Origin: the human T2T-CHM13v2.0 reference genome, Homo sapiens
Direction: 5' to 3' (one strand)
Assembly (NCBI RefSeq): GCF_009914755.1
Contig: NC_060935.1
DNA: 64,000 nucleotides
Below the pieces are notes generated by a model. That model saw only the letters and a list, made by a program, of their open reading frames with translations. It was not told where the DNA came from and ran no database searches. The translations under genes were made by a program, and so were the position numbers. Each line of letters begins with the position of its first letter. Position 1 is the stretch's first letter. This document shows positions 11,384-25,340 of this stretch, in pieces.

Positions 11384-12739
11384 CTTTATGCTTTTTTAAA
11401 TGGCGCAATACAGGATAATGAGACAAAAGCTGTTACAGAGACAAAGAGAAAGAAGCAACCACATTGATGAGTAGAATGAATTGAAAATTCAGAAAATACA
11501 AAGAGCAGAGAGAAGAAAATAAAAAGCATATATAGTCCCATCACAGACTTTCCCAGTTAAAATTTTGCCATATGCCCTTTGAGACTTTTTCCCATGTACA
11601 TATCTCTATCTTGTATTTATTTCTGATTTATCAATTGAAGCAACTGGAATTGCTCATTTTGCAGGTTAAACATGACTAATGACAACTTCAGATGGTTCAA
11701 CCTAACACTTCTGAAAATGTCTGGGGATAACTTATAATAGTAAAATATATAAAACAGGTCATTTTTTTAAAAAATAAAAACAAACATCTTGACAACAGCA
11801 GTCATATAAATGGTCCCAGGCATCTGAGATCCATTAGTTGCTGCCTTTGCTCTTTATACTGTAGCTATGAGATTCCTGGCAGCTAGGAAAATACAGAAAA
11901 GCTATTCTGTTATTAAAATCATCTTTATATTGAAAGGAATCATATGTTGTTTACTTGGAAAAATAGATTTTTTCCTCCCTGTGAAATGAAAGGGATTTAT
12001 TATTTTAAATGATGTTCTTTAAATGACTCTCCATTAGAGCAAAAACTGTAATACTAAATCTTTACTCAACGATGACCTAATTTAATGCTGGGAGAGGATT
12101 TCAAGAAGATGAAAACTAACAAGTTTCTCAGAGTCACTCTCAGATACTGCTTCAAGTAAGCTTTTAGCAGGTACTCACTCACAATCAGATTAGCTCCTAA
12201 ATTCTCTTGAAGTGCTGATAATATTTGTCCTTAAGAGCACTCCATGTGTTGTTGGTTCTAGAAATGTTGTCAGAGTTAACTTTCTGCTATGGCAATTAAT
12301 TTACTAACATGATCCTTCCCCAAACAAAAGATCCCTTCTGTGTTAGTTTTACTCAAAGAGTGAGGGCCAGAGATGTGCTCAGGTGACTTCTGTGGGGAAA
12401 TGTCATACCATCAAGCTAATGAGAGCTGGAATGTTGACTATCAGGGACACTCAGTGTGCCCCAGCATCTCTGTGACCTCGCCTTAGCCCTAGTAACATGG
12501 TTGTCCTCTCACCCTTCCTGGTTCCTGCTAACACTCACTTTCCTAAGCTTTTTCTCTCTTTACTTCTTTTCTATTTCTGCCTCTTCCATCCTCCATAAGA
12601 GGCACATTCAAGATACCCTCTACAAGGAGAAGATTTGATTGAGAAATCATTTAATGTGGAGCAGAGTCAGCCATAGAGTAGGAGGAGGGCACCACATGGA
12701 CTATGGGTGAAGAAGGAGGGTGGGAGAATCAGGCAGACA

Positions 12740-13050
12740 GAAAGACCCAGGGTTCAAGCCCCTGCAACTCCATTTGCCAGTCTATGAACTGGACCCATGA
12801 CTAAGCCTCCGGAATGCTATGGTCTGGGTGAGACACGTGCATTTAAAACTGAATGATTATTGCACATGTTTGAATCCTGTTAGGGTATCTCTGTGGCTAC
12901 ATGTGTGTTATTACTAAGATGGATTTAGTAATATTGTAACCAATCTCCTAGGACTGTTGTGAAGATTAAATCAAAGCAATCATCAAGTGAAGATCTCAGC
13001 AGTGTTTGACTCACAGTAAGTGCTCATTAAATATTTAGCTACTATTACTA
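12740..13050 (+). mobile_element. MIR SINE (fragmented)
   Basis: GGGTTCAAGCCC at the 5' side; GTTGTGAAGATTAAAT..CACAGTAAGTGCTCATTAAATATTTAGCTACTATTA at the 3' end. Confidence 0.6.
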
Positions 13051-14845
13051 TGTTCAGCTGTTGATAGTTACCTTTGGCCTCAATTTCTGGTTCAATCTAT
13101 TTCAGCCAGGTAATAGGGTCACATGACACAAATCCTAGTAACTTGGGGTACCAGGAATCGTCTTTTCTCCTAAAGTGATGATGAACATGACTTGTGCTTC
13201 GTGTTTTACCTGTTCAGGAAGATCCCATTTTTGTATGAAGATGGGCTGTAGACAGGCTTACAGATAGCAACAATTCTGCAAAGGGAGGTATGAGTCTGCT
13301 TAGATACTAGAACAAGCATTCAACAAGAGAGAAGCATATAGCATTGTAAGGCCTGAGTGATAAGATTTGGGCTTTAAATCATTAAATACATTATTATAAA
13401 CTGTCTTATTTGACAGTAAAAGGAAAGAGCCAGTAAAATAGTATCCTGAGGAACTGTCCAGGATTTATCTACCATTGTTTCCTAATCATTTCTTAGACAT
13501 ATATCTTGATACCACATCTACAAGAGCTTAAGAATAGAAAACCATGAATTTTTATTTCTTTTTATTTCCCCCAGATTCTTAGGCAAATGATAGATTCTCA
13601 AATAGCAGTTGTAACCTGTCTTGTTGAAGACAGATAAATATTTATTCATGTGGTAAATAAAAATACCTGCATTTTTTATTTTTTGCAATTTTCAGGATGT
13701 GACTGGAACAGAAATTCTCATGGAACCCTTTGAAAAAGCTGTGCTTTCATAGCCCCGTGTGCCCCTCTCCACCACATTTATCACAGTGCCTTAGCAGGCC
13801 TCTATGACTTCTTAGAGAACAAGAGAGGGAGAGGTCACCTCCATTTTTTTTGTGGCTTCTGCATTTAAAAATTTTCTAAAAGTCAAAAGAAAATAAAAAG
13901 CACAACACAATGCAATATAACATTCCTATTTATAAGATAATTTAATGATTTATACAAATATTAATGAACCATAACAAAAATAATTATAATCGTCAATTTA
14001 TAGCATTTCTGTAGTTAACTTTTTCTCAAAATTATAAAAGGAAAAGTAAAAATATAAGATAAATATATTAATTGACACCATAGTACAGATGGTCTGGCAA
14101 TGAGATATGCATATTTAAGTTGTATGATCATTGACAACTTCTTTGAACCTGTCAGGAAGTCTCTAAAACTACATATATGTGATAATTTGTAAATAATATC
14201 TTGGGGTCAAGTCCAAATGGCCCTCGTCCAGCCCCCCCACCAGCCAAGTATAATAATTTTATCAGCTGCTTTATGAATAATGTCTACTTATAAATTATCT
14301 GAATTTGAAGATCCCTTAGATTTTTTTCTTTTCCAGCACCATTCTCCTGCTCAACTTTCTTCTTCTTCCTCTGCTCTTCCACACCCTGCCAACATCTGAG
14401 TTTAGTCCTCAATAAAAATAAGAGTTGACACTTTTGATAATCAGCAAGGTGATCTAAACTTCCGAAACTTAACTAATGTAAGTCTATAACTGGACCCCTC
14501 CTAGCATTCTAAAAATGGCACAATACAGAGGGATTACAGTTTGTCCTTAATGCTCCTATCATAAAGCTTCATCCATTTTATCTTCTGTGCCAGAAGGAGT
14601 CCTTTTTCTTCTACTCCTCCCATGTATCAATCAGACGGCAAACACTGTCTCTTCTTTCTTTAAAATATTGATTTTTATCTTTTGGATAATAGACCTCTAT
14701 AGAGTAAAAATTACTGGATGATAGCCACTTTACATTATTGTTGTTGTTTTATTATCTCCAGGTTAAGTAACTTTCTAAGATTTCAAAGCTAGTAAGTGAC
14801 GGTGTGTGAGCCTAGCTTTCCTTTTCAACTCCAAAATTAGGGATT

Positions 14846-15002
14846 ATAGTAGTCAGGGCTCTTCAGAGAAGCAGAAGCAATAGGAAAGATACAGATATAC
14901 AGTCATTATAGTAGTCAGTAGAAGAAGAAAGTTGAGCAGGAGAATGGTGCTATCTAGGCATCCATTATCCCAGTCAAATTGACACATAAATTAACCATCT
15001 CA
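14846..15002 (-). mobile_element. MLT2 LTR remnant retaining both ends with the middle deleted
   Basis: TAGTCAGGGCTCTTCAGAGAAGCAGAAGCAATAGG joined to CCCAGTCAAATTGACACATAAATTAACCATCTCA. Confidence 0.65.
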
Positions 15003-15904
15003 ATTATCCCAAAACAGTATGCTATGGTGCCGCCATAGAGAGGTTGGTAAAACCTGTAAAACTTACTGCCCATAGAAAACTACACAGATAAACTGTACAT
15101 AAAATCTAAACTTGAGGTCTTAAAAATCCTAAAGTTTATCCTTGTACCCCCTAAAGGGATTCATGGACCACAGATTTTAAAATTTTACTTAAAATCTTGC
15201 CTGGTTTCACATTCTTTCCCTATTCCCATTGCCATCGCCCATGCCCGTGTCTCTGGTAACATCTTTCTTCAACACATATCTATCCTGTTCAATCTATTCT
15301 GTGCCAGCTTGATCATCCTAAACACTGCATTCATCATATCATGCTTCCGTTGAAAAAATCCACAGCAATGGTGTGAATGAGTCTTTGCACATTTTAATCA
15401 TTTACTTAATTTATAATTTTTAAATGATGTTTTATCCACTATACTGTAAAATTCATGGAAGGCAAGGATAATGTGTTTTGTTTACCACTGTATGGCAGTT
15501 CTTAAGTATACAATAAATGTTTGTTGGTTGACTAGATTTTGGAGCACTTTTCTGCATGAATAGTGGGAATATAAATTGTAGAAAATTTCACTGACATATT
15601 TATATGCATAGAAAAACTGCTGGAGAAACACAAATATGTTAACAGTAAATAGCTCTGAGAAGTGGGATTATGGAGGACTTTTATTTTCTGGGTCATTAAA
15701 AAAAGCTTTGATGTTTTCCCTTAACCTACTTAAACATATGAATTTTTTTCTCCCTTTTTCCTTTCCTTCTTCCTCCCTTCCCTCCCTCCCTCCCTTCCTT
15801 TCTTCCTTCCTCTCTCCCTTTGGCTTGTCTTTTAAAAGGTCTTTAAGAGTCTGGACCCATTTTATTACATCTCCCGCTGGTCTCAAATTAGGAAGTTCTT
15901 CTCC

Positions 15905-16250
15905 AGTTAATTTATCTATCCATAGATATAAACAATATTTATTGAGAGCTCATGACTTTCCAGGCACCATTGAGTGAGGAAAATAGAGACATGAACAATT
16001 TATTACTACAATGTCGTTAAGTGTTGTGTTAGATATACATACAAAAGGCTGTGGGAGCCCAAAGAAGGGACTGATTGACTTTGCCCAGGGGCCAAAGGAG
16101 GTAAGGGAAGGATCTAGAGAGGAAATCATATTTGAACTGGACCTTGAAGGGGGATTTGGCCAGGCAGAAAAGTGGAAGAAAAATATTCCAGGCAGAGTGA
16201 GCAGGCCATGAATAATTTTATAAGGGAGGCCTATTCTGGAAATGGCATGG
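15905..16250 (-). mobile_element. L2 LINE fragment
   Basis: AATATTTATTGAGAGCTC..CCAGGCACC..TTTGAACTGGACCTTGAAGG..ATTCCAGGCAGAG. Confidence 0.65.
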
Positions 16251-17229
16251 AGTATAATACTGTGTACCCGCATCACAGGAGTTCACAAGCAGGCATGACA
16301 GTCCAAATCCAAACATTTCAAGTCCTCCCTCCTCCCATAAGCCTTCCTGGGTGCTCTTGGTACCCTGGGGCCTCTCCCTTCTTGTAGTACTATCACTCAA
16401 TGATTTGGTATTGGAGTCAAGACTTCTTTTAGGATTCTATTCCCCATTTGGTTTGCATCCTTCTTAAGAGCAGACTCTGCCTAATGTTTTTTTTTTTCTT
16501 TACTGTCCACTTAGGTGACTGATTAATGCACACTCTGGTGCATAGTAAAACACTGAAAACTCATTACTGATAGACAGGTGACCCTTTAGCCTCTATGTTT
16601 TCAGAAACAAGAGTGTCTGAATAGCCACACAAAAATATAGTTAGTCCTAAAGGTGACTAATCGGAGCATTTTGATATACCACTGGCATAAGGACTGGTGT
16701 GCAACCACCCTAAACTGTCTTTTGAATCCTCTCTCAAAATAAAAAGGGCAGACCCACCACTGGTGCAGAACCAGAGTTTCTATAAATAAGTCTTGCTGAG
16801 GCCCCATCAGACCTTTCGATGCTGACTGAAGAGCTTGCAGTGTTTACTAAACTCCTGAGATCACTAAAGTCTGAAGTAATCTCTCATGCCTCATTAATCT
16901 CCAATGTTTGAAGTAATCACTAATGTATAATAAATCTCCAGTCTCTGAAGGTTTAAGCCACACAGATGTGTTGTTTCAGATGAATAATGACAGCCATGAG
17001 TTTGCTGTTCAGTCATCCAACCCACACTGAGGGAAGGCCTACCTGTTCAAAGCACTGAATGAGGTTCTTTCCCTGAGACCCACACTTCCATGTCCCAGCT
17101 GCTCTGTGTCATAATGAAAAGTGAACAATATATAGAATGGAAGTGTTATGAATGCAACTTAAAGAATTATTTGAAGATTCGAATAGATCCAGGAAACTTT
17201 TTCCATTGGTTTAAGTAAAGACTTAGAGA

Positions 17230-18020
17230 TTCATTCATTCATTTATTTATTCAATAAATGTTTTAGAGAACCCCATAATGTGTCATACGCTGTACTAGAA
17301 GCCAGAGATATAATGATGAACAAAAGAGACATGGTTTCTGCCTGTATGGAGCACATTGCACATAGAAGGCAGAGTGATCTACAGCGTTACATTTTACCAT
17401 TATTTATTGAATACTCATTTTATGCCAGGCATTAGTATAGTCAAAATAAGTTGAATGAATTAGATATGTTCATTATTTTAAGATGTGCATTTTATTTAAA
17501 CAATACTACTAACTGTTTAGGATATGGGATTTGAAGTTAAAAGACTTGAGTTCTACTCTGCCTTGTATTAGGTATGTAACCTGAGAAAATCACTTACTTT
17601 TTGTGTCTCTGTTTCCTCATCTATAAAACTGCGAGAGTCGGAAATGCCTACTTCCTGGGGTTTTGCAGGCAGCACATGAGACAACTCCCTGTGCCTTTGT
17701 GCATCCGTTTTTTTTTTTTAACTCCCTGAATTGTCTTTGCCATTTCCCTATCCCTTTTGCCTGATAAACTCCTACTTATCTTTGACACACCAGCTTAAAT
17801 AAAGATCACATCATCCAAGAAGTCTTCTCTTTCTATCCCTGATGGTGAGGAGCACTCTCTCCTCTGGGCCATCACTGTGCCCTGACGGGCTTTTATATTG
17901 TGATTACCACATGATATCCTCATGGGGAAGGGTACAGCCTATGTCTTACTCACATATTTGGTCCGTAGCAGAGTGGCTAGCCCATAATCAGGCTTAAAAA
18001 TTTTTGCTGAATAAATAAAT
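17230..18020. mobile_element. Cluster of L2 (-), MIR (+) and L2 (+) fragments
   Basis: TTCATTCATTCATT..CAATAAATG (L2 end); CTCTGTTTCCTCATCTATAAAA (MIR core); TTTGCTGAATAAATAAATGAA (L2 end). Confidence 0.6.
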
Positions 18021-18091
18021 GAAAATATGTTAGGAAAATGCTTCATAAACTCCAAAGTATTAAACAAAAGCAATGTATCACTAACATCATT

Positions 18092-19030
18092 ATGCATCTT
18101 AACTGGGGCTACTATAACCAAATAACATAAACCAGGTGGCTTATCAATAACAGAACTCTGTTTATTATAGTTCTTGAAGCTGGAAGTCCAGGATCCTGGT
18201 ACCAGCATGGTGGAGTTCTGGTGAAGGTTCCTTCCTGGTTGCAGACTGCCAACTTCTGTTGTATCTTCATGTGGCAGAAAAACAGTGAGCTTGCTCTCTG
18301 GTTCTTTTGTCTTATTGATACAAATATTTCATATATTTATGCACACATGTGAGTGTTTTTATATGCATAGAATGTGTGATTACCAAGTCAAGGTGTTTGA
18401 AGCATCCATCACCTTGAGTATTTATCATTTCTATGTGTTGGTATCATTTCAAGTCCTCTCTTCTAGACACTTTAAAATACACAAAATACTGTGGCTAAGT
18501 ATAGTCACCATAGTCTGCTATTAAACATTAGAACTTTTTAATCCTAGCACTTTGTAATCCTAGCACTTTGGGAGGCCAAGGTGGGTGGATCTCGAGCCCA
18601 GGAGTTTGAGACCAGCATGGTCAACATGGCGAAACCCTGTCTCTACAAAAAATACAAAAATTAGCCAGGCATGGCGGCACATGACTGTAGTCCCAGCTAC
18701 TCAGGAGGCTGAGGCAGGAGGATTTTTTTTGAGCCTCAGAAGTGGAGACTGCAGTGAGCTGAGATCACGCCACTGCACTCCAGCCTGGGTGACAGAGCAA
18801 AACCATGTCTCAACACACACACACGCACACGCACACACACACACACACACACACTAGAAATTTTAAATTCTATCTCACCTTTTATTACATGGGTATTAAT
18901 CCCATTCATGAGGGTTCCACCCTCATGACCTAATTATTTACCAATGGCCCCACCTTCAAACCCCATCACATTGGAATTAAGGTTTTGGCATATGAGTTGG
19001 GCAAGGGGACACAAACTTCCGTCCATTGCA
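18092..19030 (-). mobile_element. MLT1A/MSTD-type MaLR LTR with a nested L1MA 3' fragment (~18310-18880) and an Alu
   Basis: GGGCTACTATAACCAAATAAC..GCTGGAAGTCCAGGATC; resumes TAATCCCATTCATGAGGGTTCCACCCTCATGACCTAAT..GGGGACACAAAC..CCATTGCA. Confidence 0.75.
18539..18853 (+). mobile_element. 5'-truncated Alu with a (CA)n tail
   Basis: Alu body from TAATCCTAGCACTTTGGGAGG to CCATGTCTCAA, then (AC)n; flanks CATTAGAACTTTT / CACTAGAAATTTT resemble a TSD. Confidence 0.88.
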
Positions 19031-19103
19031 CTTCTCATTCAAGCAGGATTCAATTCATCTTTACAAAATATAAAATTTATTTTGGCCAAATTCTGATAGG
19101 TAA

Positions 19104-19530
19104 CTGTGCTGGACATTATGTTGCTCACTGGTGTATCAGTTCTCCTCTTCTTCTGACATGTAAGAGATTGGCAGTTCCCTGCCTGCTTGAAGACAGGAGT
19201 AAACATATAGGCCTTGCCTTAGCCAGTGAAACATGTGGCATACGTAACTTCCGCATGGAAGCATTTCATTACCAGTGTTTGACTCTCCAGCTCTGTCTTG
19301 GCCACCTTGGCGATTGTGGGAGCGCATGCAGATACAGAATAGCCATGAGACTGAAGCAGCCCAGAATGGCAGCCTTGTACCACACGGACAGTGACTGCCT
19401 TCAGAGGCACCTAGACCCACAAGGGATTTGGCATGAATGAGAAATAAACATACATTCTATCAGTTCTCTGAGATTTTGCCATTTGCCATTTTTTATTACC
19501 ACAGCATAATCTAATTTATCTTGACTGATA
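19104..19530 (+). mobile_element. Old MLT1 (MLT1I/J-like) LTR
   Basis: ATGAGAAATAAAC..CTGAGATTTTG..TTATTACCACAGCATAATCTA..CTTGACTGATA 3' end. Confidence 0.6.
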
Positions 19531-20009
19531 AGGTCACCAACCCACTTCCAGAAAATTATATGGCACTTTTCTGGGAATATAAACATGGTAATGATCAAAG
19601 ACAAATGTATGAAGAAAAACCTTACTGAGAAGTGTACATGTGAGAGTTAACCCACAATACAAAGAATCTGGTTCACTTTATAGGAGTGTTAAGCCTCTCT
19701 TGGGTCTTCTTCCCAAAATCCAGAGAAATCTCTCTTGCAGTCAATGCTGAAGTAGGGATCAAATCCCCTACCTACATGTAAAGGAGATTTTTGAAGCAAA
19801 AATATTTTTTGAAACAAGGCATTTGGCATAACTTATTCAAAGAAATGTGCTTAGGATCTTCCACTAACATGATCACTGCTAATATGCTCTGTTCCTTGCA
19901 CCACCTTCCCCAACTGAAAACAGGAATGAGAAGAGCCTCATGATTGTACACTACATCGATGGCCAGAGAAGGAAACATTCTTTTCTAAATTTAGCTATGT
20001 TTTCACTTC

Positions 20010-22020
20010 TTTGTTTTATTGTGAAATATACACATACACACAGAAACACACATACATATACATAAAACATATATTTACAATTTAACAAAATAATTGTAAA
20101 ATGAAACTGATATAGTCATACTCAGGTCAAGAAATAGAACATTGCTAAGACTTTAGAACTTCCCTTACCCCCGTGTATTTCTTTCCCTGTAAGTAACCAT
20201 TGGTCAGGCTTGGGGGATAATCATTTTTTTCATTTTCCTCATAATTTTACTATTGTGCCTACATTTAAAATGTGTTATATTTAGTATGGCATACTTTATC
20301 TACAATAGAATGCACCAATTTAAAGTTAGTTTGCTGAGTTTCGCAAATGTACATGCCTTTGTTTGCTGAGTTTTGCAAATGTACATGCCCAATCAAGATA
20401 CAGAATTTCCATCACTCCAAAAAATTTTCTCGTGTCTCATTGTGGTAAATCCCCCAAGTTCCAGCCCCAGGCTACCACTAATCTGCTTTCTATCACTATA
20501 GGTTAGTTTGGCCTGCTGTAGACTTTTATATAAATGCCATCATACCATATATACACTTCTTGTCTGGCTCCTTCACTTAGCATAATTTATGTGTGATTTT
20601 GAACTGCATGTAAACGGAATTGTAATGTATGTTATAACTCTTTTTTGCCTTGTTTTTTTTGTTCAACATTACGTTTGTAAAATTCATCCATATACTTGCA
20701 TGTACCTATAATTCATTCACTTTTATTACTATATATAAACCATTACATAACTATAGTAGAATTTATTTATCCATCTGTTATTTTTTTTAATTTTAATTTT
20801 ATTATTATTATACTTTAAGTTTTAGGGTACATGTGAACAACGTGCAGGTTTGTTACATATGTATACATGTGCCATGTTGGTGTGCTGCACCCATTAACTC
20901 CTCATTTAGCATTAGGTGTATCTCCTAATACTATCCCTCCCCCCTCCCCCCTCCCCCCACCCCACAACAGTCCCCCGGTGTGTGTTATCTATCTGTTATT
21001 AATAGACACTTGGGTTGTTCTATAGTTCCACAACTGTCATGTATTGATTCTGTACATTGATTTTATATCCAGCTAGCTTACTAATTTTTATTCTTAATCA
21101 CTCATCTGTAGATTCTTTTGGATTTTCAGTACATATGTTCATATTATCTATGAATAGCAACAGTTTTCAATCCTTACAATCCCTATATCTTTTATTTCTT
21201 TTTCTTGTTTGTGTAACTGTTCTCATGAGGCCCTCCAGTATAAAGTTAGATAGAACTACTGATTGTGGCATCCTTGTATTGTACCTGGCCTCAAAGGAAA
21301 AGCTTTCTAATATGTCATTATTAGGTATGGTGTTCACTGAAGGTTTTTATGGTTATTCTTTATTCTTCATAAGAATTATCTTTTCATGTAAGAAGTTTTA
21401 GGGGAAAAATCATGAATTAGTGTGCTAACATGATTGGAAAATGAATTTTTTCATTCGCTTTTTCTGCATATATTGGGATGATCAGATGAATTTCTCCTTT
21501 AAGCTGTTGAGGCAAACTACCTTAATAAGTACCCTATTTTTAAGCCAATCTCCCATTCCTGGTATAACCTGACTTGGTAATAATATCTCATCTAATATTC
21601 ATTTTGGGTTTTTTTTTGTTCACATTCAACTTCATAAGTTAAAGTGACAGGTAATTTTCTTTTCTCATATTCTCCTTGTCAGGTTTTAATCTCAAGATTT
21701 TGTTAGTCCCATAAAAGTTAGAGGAGTTTACTTTCTTTTAATATTTCAACCTTGTAAAAGGTTGAGCTTATTTTTTCCTTAAACATTTGGTAGAACTCAC
21801 CAGTGAAGTTATCTGGGCCAGTAATTTCCTTTGTGGAAAACTTTTAATCATGTATCTGAATTTAGGTTTTTAACATCGATTCCTTTTTGAATACATTTGG
21901 TAAAATTTTTACTAGGAAATGTTCTATCTTTTCTAAAGATTTCAAATTATTGGTATGAAGTTCTTCATAAAAATCCTTATATTAACATTTTAAATCCTCA
22001 GTATTCTGCAGTGTTCTATA
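20010..22020 (-). mobile_element. Ancient L1M (L1MC/ME-like) fragments
   Basis: Antisense L1 motifs: CAGGTCAAGAAATAGAACATT, CCACTAATCTGCTTTCT, GGTAGAACTCACCAGTGAAGTTATCTGGGCC. Confidence 0.7.
20783..20984 (-). mobile_element. Younger L1PA 3' end (~200 bp, 5'-truncated)
   Basis: TTATACTTTAAGTTTTAGGGTACATGTG..CCCCACAACAG; 16-bp TSD TTATC(C/T)ATCTGTTATT at 20767-20782 and 20985-21000. Confidence 0.92.
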
Positions 22021-22036
22021 TGCTTTGATTAGGTCA

Positions 22037-22217
22037 TGTGACTGTTCATTTTGTATGTCAAATTGACTGGGCAAAGGGATACCCAGGTAGTTGGTGAAAC
22101 ATTATTTTGGGGTATGTCTGTGAGAGTATTTCTGGAAGAGATTAGCATTCGAATCAGTAGATTGAATGAAGAAGATCCCCCTTCACTACTGTAGATAGGC
22201 GTTATCCAGTCCCTGTG
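22037..22217 (+). mobile_element. MLT2 LTR 5' part, followed by another old ERVL-type LTR fragment to ~22525
   Basis: TGTGACTGTTCATTTTGTATGTCAAATTGACTGGGC..GAAGAGATTAGCATTCGAATCAGTAGA. Confidence 0.7.
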
Positions 22218-23104
22218 TGGGAAGCAAGGACTGTACAGAGTCCATTCTGGGGATGAATGGTGGCAGCAATAATGGCCATATCCACGTTCCAAGGGCCACA
22301 AGTCAGTTAGTGGTGCCATCAGTGGCAGCATTAGTGATATTAGCAGTGTAACCTATGGCATCTACTGCTTAATGGCACCCACAGTGGCAGTGGTTTCTCC
22401 ATCATATCAAAGATTTGGGGCAGTGTTCATGGTAGTTTGGCTAGTCTCCAGACCACAAAACTCTCATCATAAATCTTTTTCTACTTGTCAGCCAGAATTA
22501 GTTTTTGTTGCTTGTGGCTAAGGTATGGAACTGTTTGGTTGTTTGATTTAATACTCTTTCTTGACAATCTTGAAAGTATCAACCTTAAGCAGTCCCCCAA
22601 TTTTTAGAAAAAAATATTGGTTTATGAGATTAAAATTTTTTTAGGAACTGCTGTTGTATACTATAATGCTAAGTTGTGCATTCAATGCTCTATGTAATGA
22701 ACAGAGTTAAATTGACCTAAATAGAATTGATTTTCTCTTGAACTGGTATAGTGACTAAACATAATTCTGAATAACCATGTAGTCTGCATTATTTGGTTGT
22801 TAATATGGCCAAAATAACCAGACTGACTCTGGCAACAAGTCTGTCTTCTTAGCAAAGTAAACGGATTGACTATATGTCTATATAATTGCTTTCTCAGCAG
22901 TTGTGTAATGCTTGATCCAGTTAATATAGATCAGTTCCTCTTTTTAAGAGATTAAAACAGCATGTATTTAATTAACTAATTAATGTATTGATTCATTATA
23001 TTTACTTACTGAGTATAGCTATAGGTTTTCACCAAGGAAAATGCCCAGCATACACAAAAGACACAAAGCTCATGATCTATTTGGGAGACAACAACAATTA
23101 TAAA

Positions 23105-24190
<1,086 letters not shown>

Positions 24191-24358
24191 ATGAGCAAAC
24201 AAAGCAAAGTTTACACAATTCAGTGTAAAAAAAAATGATGTTCTGGGCAGGACATGCTGTGAAATCACAGAAAAGCAGGTGCTCAAAGGAGCCAGGTGGA
24301 AAGCCTAAGGAAAGGCTCCTGGAGGGTGCAGCTCTTCAGCTGGGCCCCAGAGAATGGG

Positions 24359-24727
24359 TGTATTAGTCCATTCTCCCACTGCTATAAAGATACTATCCAA
24401 GACTAGGTGATTCATAAAAGAAATAAGTTTAATTGACTCACAGTTCCGCATGGCTGAGGAGGCTTCAGGAAACATAATCATGGCAGAAGGTGAAGGGGAA
24501 GCAGGCACCTTCTTCACAAGGTGGCAGGAGAGAGAACTGCGAGCAGGGGAAATGCTAGACACTTTTAAAACCATCAGATCTCATGAGAACTCACTCACTC
24601 ACTATCACAAAAACAGCATAAAGGAACCAACCCCATGATCCAATCACCTCCCTCCCTCAACAAATGGGGATTATGGGGATTACAATTCAAGATGAGATTT
24701 GGGTGGGGACACAGCCAAACCATATCA
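24359..24727 (-). mobile_element. THE1 (THE1D-like) solo LTR
   Basis: TGTATTAGTCCATTCTC..GACTCACAGTTCCGCATGGCTG..GAGATTTGGGTGGGGACACAGCCAAACCATATCA. Confidence 0.9.
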
Positions 24728-24987
24728 ATTGGATAAGGTATGAATGCTCTCTGATTAGACCTGTGAAGAGAAGCTTCGTTGTTTAAGGAAACAGTGGGTC
24801 TAGGGAACAGCTGGCACTTAGCAGGAGACAGTGAGGGGGTCACACCCGGATGGCAGTGAGTAGTCAGCTTCCAGGTCTAGTGAGGCCATGAAGTGGACAA
24901 TTTCTTATAAATTTTCTCTTGAGTAAACACATTTATGTGGTGAAACTACCCCGGACATAGATTGCCAGGTGTGCGGTGTGAGCACTC

Positions 24988-25340
24988 TGTCAGACACTGC
25001 AGGCTGGTTGCCTTGATTCCGTGCCAACTCCTTGCATGGCTGTGCATGCTGCATACCTGAGAATAGAAAGGCAAGACTACATCCTCAATCTCCCTTCAGC
25101 TCTGGTTCTGCACCTGATCTCAATTCTGTCAGGCAGATAGCCCCATGCCAGATTTGGGAGGAAGTGAACATCATGCATAAGAGGTCACACTGCTGCTGCT
25201 CCTGCTGCTGCTGCTGCTTTGTGCAAGCACAGTAGTCAGGACACTTGTTTTTCTGAGCATCTGTAGCAGAGGTCTCAGGGTCTAGTCATTAGTTCCCTGG
25301 TTATTGACAGACATGGTGCAAAGTATCCCTTTTTCTTACG
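24988..25340 (+). mobile_element. Old ERVL-type LTR fragment (LTR33-like)
   Basis: TGTCAGACAC..CTACATCCTCAATCTCCCTTCAGCT..GCCAGATTTGGGAGGAAG; resemblance from recall only. Confidence 0.4.

Noticed and set aside
13670-13760. Acceptor-like TTTTTTGCAATTTTCAG|GATGTG
   Set aside because: No matching donor, ORF or other exons identified; such motifs are common in AT-rich DNA.
20329-20389. 32-bp-period direct duplication (GTTTGCTGAGTTT.GCAAATGTACATGCC twice)
   Set aside because: Ordinary slippage duplication within decayed L1; two copies only and no spacers, so not CRISPR-like.
25191-25217. (CTG)n tract
   Set aside because: Short and interrupted, lies inside an old LTR-like sequence, and has no gene context.
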